The notes under the pieces are model-generated. The model was not told the DNA's origin. It did no database searches and saw only the letters and a program-made list of their open reading frames with translations. A program made the translations under genes and the position numbers. A stretch of 64,000 nucleotides of DNA from Alphaproteobacteria bacterium. Its GTDB lineage: Bacteria; Pseudomonadota; Alphaproteobacteria; Rs-D84. The stretch covers positions 77,834 to 141,833 of the forward strand of contig JAFXPG010000005.1 in the NCBI GenBank assembly GCA_017528045.1, in the 5' to 3' direction. How positions within the stretch are numbered: position 1 is the first letter of the stretch; every line of letters starts with the position of its first letter. Shown here in pieces: positions 37,219-45,685 of this stretch.

Positions 37219-37305
37219 GGGGATATGGCGGAATGGTAGACGCTGAGGACTTAAAATCCTTTGATCATTGCGATCGTGTGGGTTCAAGTCCCACTATCCC
37301 CACCA
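37219..37305 (+). tRNA. tRNA-Leu (anticodon UAA)
   Basis: Acceptor ggggata/tatcccc, anticodon arm gagga-ctTAAaa-tcctt, a long variable arm, and CCA. Confidence 0.9.
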
Positions 37306-37312
37306 AACTTGA

Positions 37313-37340
37313 TGTCCGCGGTTTATGCGGATTTTTTATT
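37313..37340 (+). terminator. Intrinsic terminator after the tRNA cluster
   Basis: Stem tccgc/gcgga followed by T6. It overlaps the 3' end of the convergent 37336 gene. Confidence 0.75.
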
Positions 37341-38694
37341 TTTCGCGAATATTATTACAAATTTTTTGTAGAATTTTTGGTTGTAGAAAATCACGTGTTA
37401 CATCGTCCCAGTTTATACCTTCTTTGATTTCTTGTATACAACGTTGAACTTCTTCCCAAGTATAATATTTATTCCAATGGACACGTTCTAAACCATTTGA
37501 AATAATCAAAGGAGATTTATATATATAATCATATGCTAACTGTTTTAGTGGTGGAACATTGTTTACATCTAGTATTTTACAAACTAATTCAGGATAATAT
37601 TGAGATTTATGCCCTTTTTCATAATAGTGCATGTCTTTATTTACGTGTGTAAAATCAAAAATTCTTATAAAATCTCTGTTTAATAATTGGCGGATTTTTT
37701 CGTATTCTGGGCCCATGCTGTCGCGTTTTAATTTTAGACGGCGTAATAAACGTAATATTTTTTTTGTTTTTCTTTCTAAATCATACGGCAAACCATCTGT
37801 TATCTGTGGCCATAAAGTTGTATCAAAAAATTTGTCACCCATTTTATCGTATTCTTCCAACAGATATGTATCTATGTTGCACGCATCAAATGAATTAAAA
37901 TCTATAGAATCTAAAATCATAGCAAAACTTTGCCATTGTAAATAAATTATTTTGTTGGCAATATGTTCAGGGTTCTTTTCATAACTTCCTGCATCTATTA
38001 ATATTCCTTGTATTTTATTTTGTGTGTTATTATCTTTTGGATACATGAATTGACGGCCTGTAATAAAAGGACCAATAGGTGTTTTTGCTTTGTGTTTTTC
38101 GTCTATATATTTGGTTAAAATGTAAGCACTTGTTGAATTATTTACATCTACAGGTTTAGACATAAAAGGACGTGCAACACGACCATGTGAGTATGTTTTA
38201 TGAAGCGTAAAATAAATTTGTGGTTCAAATAAAGCACCATGTGTAAACGAATAGTTATCGTTTTTATTTCCATGAAAATCTTTAAATGTTTGTAATACAT
38301 ACAAATTTTCTGTCAGATTAAAGTCTATAAGAAAACAAAATTTGAAAGCTCCATCATCAATATATTGTACAGAAACGTTAGGAATTTTTAAAATTTTGCC
38401 CAGTTGTTTTTCAATTTGTTTATATTCACTAATGAAATTTATGCGATAGGGAGTTTTTGTATCATCAATTCTAGCTTTAGTGGTTATATTGTTTGCAAAT
38501 TCAGAAAGTATTTTACTTATTTTAATTGTTATTGTCTTTCGTTTGTTTTCAGGAATACGTGTAATTATTTCAGCAGGCAAAGTCCCAATATATTCTGGTA
38601 ATGTATCATTTTTTACCATATTAGTTATTTCATAAGGACCAATGAATTTCCTTTTTACCCTGTGTAAAAGATGTTTTGTTATTTTGTTGTTCAT
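37336..38694 (-). CDS. Hypothetical protein (452 aa, orphan, no signal peptide)
   Basis: It is a long intact ORF, but I recognise no family or motif and there is no clear SD sequence. Confidence 0.6.
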   Translation of the reverse strand: MNNKITKHLLHRVKRKFIGPYEITNMVKNDTLPEYIGTLPAEIITRIPENKRKTITIKISKILSEFANNITTKARIDDTKTPYRINFISEYKQIEKQLGKILKIPNVSVQYIDDGAFKFCFLIDFNLTENLYVLQTFKDFHGNKNDNYSFTHGALFEPQIYFTLHKTYSHGRVARPFMSKPVDVNNSTSAYILTKYIDEKHKAKTPIGPFITGRQFMYPKDNNTQNKIQGILIDAGSYEKNPEHIANKIIYLQWQSFAMILDSIDFNSFDACNIDTYLLEEYDKMGDKFFDTTLWPQITDGLPYDLERKTKKILRLLRRLKLKRDSMGPEYEKIRQLLNRDFIRIFDFTHVNKDMHYYEKGHKSQYYPELVCKILDVNNVPPLKQLAYDYIYKSPLIISNGLERVHWNKYYTWEEVQRCIQEIKEGINWDDVTRDFLQPKILQKICNNIREK

Positions 38695-38747
38695 TTTGTT
38701 TTTGACAATTATTTTTTATTCGGATAACATTAACGCCAGCTCTATTT

Positions 38748-38824
38748 GGATGTGTGGCTCAGTTGGTTAGAGCACTACGTTCACATCGTAGGGGTCGGCG
38801 GTTCGAGTCCGCCCACATCCACCA
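38748..38824 (+). tRNA. tRNA-Val (anticodon CAC)
   Basis: Acceptor ggatgtg/cacatcc, anticodon arm ctacg-ttCACat-cgtag, T-loop ttcgagt, and CCA. Confidence 0.9.
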
Positions 38825-38831
38825 AATATAT

Positions 38832-40778
38832 TTATCTTTGATATATTGTTTGCATTCTTGTTAAAATTTCTTCTGTCTTTGAAAAACTTGGTAATATTTG
38901 TTGCATCTTTTCTTTTTCAATCAAAGCTTCTTGAACTAATTTTAATAAATCTAATTGTCTAGATGCGTCTTTTTCCTTTGTAACAGCAATTAATTTTTCG
39001 TTAACACTGTTATTAATTATGTTTATAATTGATTGAATTTTTATTTCTGCAGCACGAATATCGGACATGTCGTTAATTTTTCCTATGTTTATCATTTGAG
39101 TTTCTTGTAAGTTTTCTTTATTTGCATCTGTTGAATTAACAGTTTTGTTTGTTGGTGCAATATTCATAGTATATTTAGTTTGTATTGTTTGCGAATTTGT
39201 TTTTTTATAAATTTTTTTTACAGTTTTTTCGGTTTCTGGTCGTTGTGTTTCTTGGGTATCTGTTGTTATATTTTCAGGTGTATTACCAGAACTGGTTGCC
39301 GTTTGATTTGAAACCTCTTTACTTGTTTTTGTTGTATAATATGCTAATAAAACATCTACATTGAAATATTCTTCTGTTTTAATTTTTTCAATTGTTATTT
39401 CTTCTGAATCATCGTTTAAGCTTTTTGCAGCACAATCAATACTTTTTGAATATTTTAAACTTTCTTTGGTTTTACCTGTAAAACAAAAATGCTCTTTATA
39501 AACACTTGTGCATACAAGAATTTTTTCTTTTGGCAAAAATGTCCAAACAATTCTTTTTCTGTCTTTAGAAACACTGTTTGATACGCTTTGAACTATGCAG
39601 TTGCCACCCTCTTTTTGTAAGTAGGCACAAGATGTTCTTGTGTTTTCTTCGGTATTTATTATTTGTAAAGGTGTAAATATAGGTGTTTCATTTATATCTG
39701 TGTTTACAGAAGATATAATTTCCAATACAGATTTTATTAAAAAATCATTTTTGTTACATAGGCTTTTAATTTTCTGCCACAATTTTTTTGGAATATACTT
39801 TTGTATGTTTATTGGAATTAAAGAAACGTCTTCTGTAGCAACCGGTTTTGTGTCTGCAGTTTTGTCTTCTTTTTGGTTTAAAAAAGTTTGTTTTTTTCTT
39901 TTGTTTTCAGCTTTTTTATCTTCTTTTGCTTGTAATTCAAATATTAATGTATCTAATAAATCTGCTACTTTATCTTTTCCTATACACACTACAGCACTGC
40001 CAGTATTAGTATTTTTTAATAATTGTTTATTATATTTAGACATTAATTTACGAATTTCGCGTTCTAATGTTGCATCAAGTATTTTGAAAGAAGTTATAAT
40101 AATATTTTGTTTTGCTTCTTTCATAATATCTTTTATATCATAAAAATTTTCTGTTTTTATTCTTAATAAATATTCAGGTTTTTCAACAGGCTGTTTTATA
40201 ATTTCTTGTTTTATTATGATTGATTTTGTTTTAACAGATTCTGATAAGTTTATACCTTTTTTATCCCCAATAATAATAACACCAGGGTATTGTTGTAATA
40301 AAAAGTTAGCTTCTGCCAATTTTTCTATATCGCTACTGATATTTGATAAAAGAGAATCTGCAACAATTATTTTTTTTACAGTATTAGGAATTCTGCCTTT
40401 AAGGAAAGATAAACTTGGAATAGAATGAGAACAGTCTATTTCTGTTAAACCTTTTGGGAAAATAAAACTTTCATGAAATATATCTGTTTTTTTATTTTGA
40501 AAATCACGCATTTGGGTATGAGATCGGCATATAAATTTACCTTCTATAATTTTTGGTAAAATAACATAATATCTTTGTTTTGAAATATCTAAACCGCCAA
40601 TAATGTGTACATTTGATAAATCGGTAGTTTTTGTTTGATCCGATAATATTACCATATCTGTTATGATAAGTGGGTTTTCTTCGTTAAATTCATCATAAGG
40701 CAGATTATAAATATCTACCTGTAATTCTTTATCCACAATTCTGGCATTATAAATATTTTTTCGTGGAATATATCCCAT
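38832..40778 (-). CDS. Hypothetical protein (648 aa, orphan, no signal peptide)
   Basis: It is a long intact ORF with an AAAGG RBS. The central region is K/E-rich and the C-terminus is coiled-coil-like. I recognise no family. Confidence 0.6.
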   Translation of the reverse strand: MGYIPRKNIYNARIVDKELQVDIYNLPYDEFNEENPLIITDMVILSDQTKTTDLSNVHIIGGLDISKQRYYVILPKIIEGKFICRSHTQMRDFQNKKTDIFHESFIFPKGLTEIDCSHSIPSLSFLKGRIPNTVKKIIVADSLLSNISSDIEKLAEANFLLQQYPGVIIIGDKKGINLSESVKTKSIIIKQEIIKQPVEKPEYLLRIKTENFYDIKDIMKEAKQNIIITSFKILDATLEREIRKLMSKYNKQLLKNTNTGSAVVCIGKDKVADLLDTLIFELQAKEDKKAENKRKKQTFLNQKEDKTADTKPVATEDVSLIPINIQKYIPKKLWQKIKSLCNKNDFLIKSVLEIISSVNTDINETPIFTPLQIINTEENTRTSCAYLQKEGGNCIVQSVSNSVSKDRKRIVWTFLPKEKILVCTSVYKEHFCFTGKTKESLKYSKSIDCAAKSLNDDSEEITIEKIKTEEYFNVDVLLAYYTTKTSKEVSNQTATSSGNTPENITTDTQETQRPETEKTVKKIYKKTNSQTIQTKYTMNIAPTNKTVNSTDANKENLQETQMINIGKINDMSDIRAAEIKIQSIINIINNSVNEKLIAVTKEKDASRQLDLLKLVQEALIEKEKMQQILPSFSKTEEILTRMQTIYQR

Positions 40779-40866
40779 ATTTCAACCTTTTGCGATTAAT
40801 TAATATAATTAATTAACACAAAATATATTTTTTGTCAATATGAAAATAATATTTACTATAAGGGAT

Positions 40867-41181
40867 TTATCTTAATCCTTTCTTTTTGCAACAAGCGCTG
40901 GCTGCAGATTTCCAATCTGAATAAGTATTTGCGGGATCCCTTAAATCACGCCATGGTTGCCAAGAATTACAATTGTTTTTATCTTTATTAGAACATTTTA
41001 CATATCTGCGCAAAGAACATGTTTCAGATGAGTTTTTACCAGTATCGGTTGTACATTTTACAATAACATTTTGATTTTTTGCATCATCCTTGCCAAATTC
41101 TTTGGTTGAAAGAACTTGATAAGCATCAGCGTTTAATACAACAGAAAAAACAGCCATTAAAATAAAAAATATTTTTTTCAT
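40867..41181 (-). CDS. Small cysteine-rich secreted protein (104 aa)
   Basis: It has the signal peptide MKKIFFILMAVFSVVLNADA and 8 cysteines in the mature part. It is the last gene of the minus-strand cluster. Confidence 0.65.
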   Translation of the reverse strand: MKKIFFILMAVFSVVLNADAYQVLSTKEFGKDDAKNQNVIVKCTTDTGKNSSETCSLRRYVKCSNKDKNNCNSWQPWRDLRDPANTYSDWKSAASACCKKKGLR

Positions 41182-41242
41182 CTTATTCCCCTGCTTTTAT
41201 ATACATATTATAAACAATTTTTCGTATCAATACAACAAGGTT

Positions 41243-43444
41243 TTATTCAGCTGCTGTTTGTTTCTGAGATGTGGAATTTGTATTTTGTTTCGCACCAGGT
41301 TCAGGACGTTTTTGAAATAATGTTTTTGGGTTTTGTTCTTTCAAACTTTCTTGTTGTTGTTCCCATTCTGTGATATTTGTATGTACTTGATTAAATTGTT
41401 CTGATGTTGACCAAGGAATATCGTTCATTATCAAATAAAATAAATCACCTTTTGTTTTATTTGGATCTGATTCATCCAAACGAATAATAGGACGAACAAT
41501 ATATATATCAACATTGCATTCTGCACCGTTTTTTGATTGAAATTCGTTTAAAGAATCTGAAAATTTTTCTGTAAAGTCTATAACTTGCAAATAAGCTGCA
41601 TCGTCATCTTGTGGTAAAGTTGAATTCCCTGTCCATCTTAAAAAAGTACCATAGCCTACTTCGTTATCTTCACCTTCTATATCATCGGCAGATAATAAAC
41701 AGAAAGGTTTAAATGCTATACCATTTGAATATTTTTCAGATGTTGTTGATGTTTGATCATAAAAATCCCCCAAAACATATAAAAATCCGGTCAAAGCGCC
41801 CATGTTTTGTTCAAATTTTACTAATTTTTCTCCAAACTTTAAAGATGTATGGAATAACCAATCTTTTGCTTTTGCAGAAAAAGTTCCCATACCTGCCCTT
41901 GCTACTTTGCTGGCTTTTGCAATTTTTGCAGCATTTTTTGCAGAATTAATAGCTTTATATGTTTTGTATGCTGCACCAATTTTTTTGAAAGGACGTGTTA
42001 TAACGTTTCCTGTTTGTGGACGCCCAAAAGCTTTCAGATCATCAAGATATTTAAGCATACTTTTAAGTTCACCTGCATTTTCAGTATATTGTTGAAGACC
42101 TTTCAATTCTTCTAATTCTTTTTCATATTTTTGGACATATGCTGCTTTATCAGCTTTTTTAGCTTCTTTTAACAACTTTTCTTTTTCTTTTATTTGTTTT
42201 GCAACATCATCCAACATACCAGAAGTTTGTTTTTCTAAAGTTGCAGCTTCTTTGCGTAGATTATTTATGGTCTTTTCCATATGGGATGGATCTGACATAT
42301 ATCTTCTGTCCAATTTAGGATCTATTTTTTTCGCTTCTGCAAATATATCATCTAATTTTTTCTGAAGTTCTTGTGATTTTACTAAATCTTTATTCTTTTT
42401 CGCTGTTTTATATTCTTTTGCGACTTTTTCATAATCTTTTGCACGGTCAAGATTTTTTGCAAGACGGTCTGCTTTTGAAGTTGTTTTTGCTAATTTATCA
42501 GCAATCTTTGCGTACTTTTTTACATTAGCAAACTTTTCCAAAGCCTTCATATTTTTTATCAGGTTTTTCATTGTTTTGACGGCTCGAATACTGCGAATAC
42601 TGCTTGTAACAGCCTGACTGCCACCCAAAGTTGCGACAGTTAAAACAGCATCCAAAGTTATCTCTGCCCACATAACCCATCTAAGATCAATATCTCCTGC
42701 AACGTAATAATCGTTTGAATCCTCTTCCAGGTCAACAACTTCACGAACAACTTGGTTTATTGTATCTTTATCATTAGCCCAAGCGCTTCTGCTGGTACAC
42801 CAATAACCTTTTGGATAAACTTTGTCGATATTGTCATTTATCCATTTCACTGAAACAATATTATTTTTATCTTTACCAACAAAATCGTTCAAAGAACCAT
42901 GTTGAACAACCATAACCGCATACCAAGCAGGATCTGTATTAATATATTTAGCGGGATCATTTGGATCCATTAATTTTGGACTGGCATCATCTGTAGGTAA
43001 ACTTGGTTTTTCAGCTAATTGTATTTTTTGTTTTATAACTTTTGGTTGTGTTGTATAATTTACTGTTACGGATTGCCCCCATGGAAAAGTATATTTTACC
43101 GGACTGAATATAACAGTATCAGTGTCAGATATGTTTGCAACTTCTGGGCATTTTTGTATTTGCTTTAACACATCTGCATCTAGTATTACTCTTCTGGCCC
43201 ATATTTGCAAAGAATCTTCTTCTATAGTGTCTTCATATTCGTTTTCTTGTATTATTTTTTCTGCACCTTTTTCCAAGGCTTCAATGAATATTTTGCTGGA
43301 ACAATCTGTGGGATGAATATTCTGATGTTTTGTCATCATTTCATCAACAGTTTGATAAGAAGAGTTTTTCACCGGTGCATCAAAATCATCCGCAAAAGCA
43401 GGAAAGATAAATAAAAAAGATATAATAAATAATTTTATAAACAT
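41243..43444 (-). CDS. Secreted/membrane protein (733 aa) with a central K-rich helical region between two hydrophobic segments
   Basis: The signal peptide is MFIKLFIISFLFIFPAFA. The two hydrophobic segments are ITLDAVLTVATLGGSQAV and MGALTGFLYVLGDF. A K/A/E-rich helical stretch of roughly 270 aa lies between them. Confidence 0.7.
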   Translation of the reverse strand: MFIKLFIISFLFIFPAFADDFDAPVKNSSYQTVDEMMTKHQNIHPTDCSSKIFIEALEKGAEKIIQENEYEDTIEEDSLQIWARRVILDADVLKQIQKCPEVANISDTDTVIFSPVKYTFPWGQSVTVNYTTQPKVIKQKIQLAEKPSLPTDDASPKLMDPNDPAKYINTDPAWYAVMVVQHGSLNDFVGKDKNNIVSVKWINDNIDKVYPKGYWCTSRSAWANDKDTINQVVREVVDLEEDSNDYYVAGDIDLRWVMWAEITLDAVLTVATLGGSQAVTSSIRSIRAVKTMKNLIKNMKALEKFANVKKYAKIADKLAKTTSKADRLAKNLDRAKDYEKVAKEYKTAKKNKDLVKSQELQKKLDDIFAEAKKIDPKLDRRYMSDPSHMEKTINNLRKEAATLEKQTSGMLDDVAKQIKEKEKLLKEAKKADKAAYVQKYEKELEELKGLQQYTENAGELKSMLKYLDDLKAFGRPQTGNVITRPFKKIGAAYKTYKAINSAKNAAKIAKASKVARAGMGTFSAKAKDWLFHTSLKFGEKLVKFEQNMGALTGFLYVLGDFYDQTSTTSEKYSNGIAFKPFCLLSADDIEGEDNEVGYGTFLRWTGNSTLPQDDDAAYLQVIDFTEKFSDSLNEFQSKNGAECNVDIYIVRPIIRLDESDPNKTKGDLFYLIMNDIPWSTSEQFNQVHTNITEWEQQQESLKEQNPKTLFQKRPEPGAKQNTNSTSQKQTAAE

Positions 43445-43456
43445 CGTAATACGTAT

Positions 43457-44566
43457 CTATTTTTTATAGTTTATATTTTTTATTGTTTTACCTTCTGATA
43501 TAATAACTAATCCATTTGGTTTATTTGTTTCTGATATTTTTTGAGGTAATGGTGTATATTTTGGCCAGACTCCCCTAAAAATGTCATACCAAAAACCGTG
43601 GTCATTATAATTCCAGAAATATCTTTCTCCTTGTTTTTTGTATGGTATTGCAACTGCGTAAAATACCAAATCTTCACACCAATCATCTTTGTCTAGTTTT
43701 GAAACTGCTTTTACAAATTCCTCAAATTTTTCCAAACCACTAAATTGACTGAATACAACAATAGATTCATCATTATCGGTATCTCTCATTAATAGTAATC
43801 CCGGGAAAAGTCTTGAATCTGAATCTCCAAAATCAAGAAATGTTTTATAAACATTAGCATAAGCTGCTCTTATGTGGTCGAATGCAGCACCTGCAGCATA
43901 ATGAATAACATTTGGATTTTGTATTCCGTTAGTAATTTTATGATCAGAACAATTTGGGTGAAAAAAATTACCAGATTGATGATTATGAGGCAAAAAATCC
44001 CCAGGATTTAAGTCTGGATTTTTTGTTGCTACTATAGCTATATTGTGTGGCATTCTGGAAACAACATCACTGGGTTTAAAATATAGGCTTACTAATTCTT
44101 CATCTATGGCGACCTCCAGTTTTACGCATCTTGGACCACTTGAGTTATTTTTATCACATGGCACACCTTTTTCTTTATTTTGGTCTTCTTCCCATTGTAA
44201 TCCTTCTTGCATTAGTGCATTAAATTCGGTTTCAGAACCACAAAGATCTGTCATAAGTATACCTAATAAATAATAAATCGGAAGTCTGGGGTTTCCATTG
44301 TCATCTGAAATAGTTTCATTGTTCATAACTTTTTGACCTTTAGCATTTGTTTTATACAAAGGTGTTTTTAAATCTCTTAGTTCAGCTAGATATTTTGCTA
44401 AATAACCATCATATTCTGAATTTTCGAATAAGTCTTCTCTTACTTTTGCTCTAGTAGAATTTGAATTCATAGCTTTATCTAAACAGGTCTGCCATGCAGA
44501 ATTTGATGCCTCTGCGTTGATACAAAAACATAATATTGAAATAATAAATATTAATTTTTTCATCAA
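43457..44566 (-). CDS. Secreted protein (369 aa), paralog of the 44603 gene
   Basis: It has a signal peptide. It shares blocks with its neighbour, for example NFFHPNCSDH vs HFFSDGCSDW and RLFPGLLLMRDTDNDESIVVFSQF vs RAFPGLVLMDKTWSTTESIVAFQNF. Confidence 0.7.
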   Translation of the reverse strand: MMKKLIFIISILCFCINAEASNSAWQTCLDKAMNSNSTRAKVREDLFENSEYDGYLAKYLAELRDLKTPLYKTNAKGQKVMNNETISDDNGNPRLPIYYLLGILMTDLCGSETEFNALMQEGLQWEEDQNKEKGVPCDKNNSSGPRCVKLEVAIDEELVSLYFKPSDVVSRMPHNIAIVATKNPDLNPGDFLPHNHQSGNFFHPNCSDHKITNGIQNPNVIHYAAGAAFDHIRAAYANVYKTFLDFGDSDSRLFPGLLLMRDTDNDESIVVFSQFSGLEKFEEFVKAVSKLDKDDWCEDLVFYAVAIPYKKQGERYFWNYNDHGFWYDIFRGVWPKYTPLPQKISETNKPNGLVIISEGKTIKNINYKK

Positions 44567-44602
44567 AGCCCCTTATGTTTCGTTTGCTGTCTTGAAAATC
44601 TC

Positions 44603-45673
44603 TTAGTCTATTTTGTATGGATTAGATACAATCATAACTTGATCTATTTTTTCTATATCTCGTGGTATCAAAGCAGCAATACCTGCTCCTGTTAATAATA
44701 CACCAGAAGCAATCCATCCCCAAACCGGAACAACTGCAGTCCCTGCTGCTAAACCAGCTAATGTTCCAGAAATTGTGCCTGCTGCAACAAGAGACACGTA
44801 TGTAGTATAAACTAAACCTGCACCTGCTGTACTTAATAATCCAACTGCCCATCCACTGGTTCCATTGTCAAATCTGGTTTTTTTTACGTCCAAAGCCACT
44901 AAATAGGCAGCTAATTCATCATCAGAACAGGCAGAATTTTGTAAATTTTTTGCAAAAGTGTCTATACTGCTTTCTGCTAATTCAAAATTTTGAAAAGCAA
45001 CAATAGATTCTGTTGTGGACCATGTTTTATCCATTAACACCAAACCAGGAAAAGCACGCATGTTATCTTTTACTGCAAAATCAAGAAAAAATTCATTTGA
45101 AGATCCACTATGTCTAGCATCTATAAAGGCTGCCTGTCCAGCTCTATTTACAGCAGCACTATCTTTTAAATTATCCCATATAGACCAATCAGAACATCCA
45201 TCGCTGAAAAAATGTCCGTCCTGTGGGACACTTGTTTTTTCCAGTATTCTGCCTGGTTGAAGATTTCTATTGTTTATAACCAATATACCTGTTCTTATAT
45301 GGGACATATATTTCAACACTTTATGTAAAGGAAAATTAACATGAAATTCTTCATCACCAAGAGATAATTCTATTCTGGATGAATTCGGCATTTCCAGAAT
45401 TTCTGCAATTTGACCAGGACATAAAGCTTCTATATTTAAAGCTATTAATGAAAACAACTCTTCTTTATGTTTGATTACGTGCTCTGGTAACAATACAGTG
45501 TTTTTAGCATCTAATTCTTTAAAAATACGATCGTCATTGTTTATATTAAATAATTTGTTGTGCCAATTTTCTTTGTCTGCTTGAATTATATTTAAACAGT
45601 CCTGTAACGAACCCAACGCAAATGCATTGTAACCTGAAAAAATAACAACAAACAAAAATAATAGTTGTTTCAT
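44603..45673 (-). CDS. Secreted protein (356 aa), paralog of the 43457 gene, with a C-terminal glycine-zipper membrane region
   Basis: It has a signal peptide. The C-terminus GWAVGLLSTAGAGLVYTTYVSLVAAGTISGTLAGLAAGTAVVPVWGWIASGVLLTGAGIAALI is absent from the paralog. Confidence 0.7.
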   Translation of the reverse strand: MKQLLFLFVVIFSGYNAFALGSLQDCLNIIQADKENWHNKLFNINNDDRIFKELDAKNTVLLPEHVIKHKEELFSLIALNIEALCPGQIAEILEMPNSSRIELSLGDEEFHVNFPLHKVLKYMSHIRTGILVINNRNLQPGRILEKTSVPQDGHFFSDGCSDWSIWDNLKDSAAVNRAGQAAFIDARHSGSSNEFFLDFAVKDNMRAFPGLVLMDKTWSTTESIVAFQNFELAESSIDTFAKNLQNSACSDDELAAYLVALDVKKTRFDNGTSGWAVGLLSTAGAGLVYTTYVSLVAAGTISGTLAGLAAGTAVVPVWGWIASGVLLTGAGIAALIPRDIEKIDQVMIVSNPYKID

Positions 45674-45685
45674 GTTTTTTCCTTT

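Noticed and set aside
37233-37427. A 64-aa plus-strand ORF appears in the track.
   Set aside because: It starts inside tRNA-Leu(UAA) and runs through the terminator into the convergent gene, so it is spurious.
38200-38300. A kinase-like catalytic loop (DFHGNKNDN) was noted in the 452-aa orphan.
   Set aside because: There is no glycine-rich loop, no VAIK-type lysine context, and no DFG-like motif at the expected spacing of about 20 residues. It is probably a chance match.
39480-39600. A RelE/ParE-like toxin motif (KDRKRIVWTFLPKEKILVCTSVYKEH) was noted inside the 648-aa orphan.
   Set aside because: It is a short pattern match within a much larger protein. There is no adjacent antitoxin-sized ORF, so it is too weak to call a toxin domain without a profile search.
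36980-40866. A bounded genomic island with att direct repeats derived from the tRNA 3' ends was looked for.
   Set aside because: I looked for copies of the 3' halves of tRNA-Leu(UAA) and tRNA-Val(CAC) at 37306-37340, 38695-38747 and 40779-40866 and saw none. No integrase is present. The island interpretation therefore remains only an inference.
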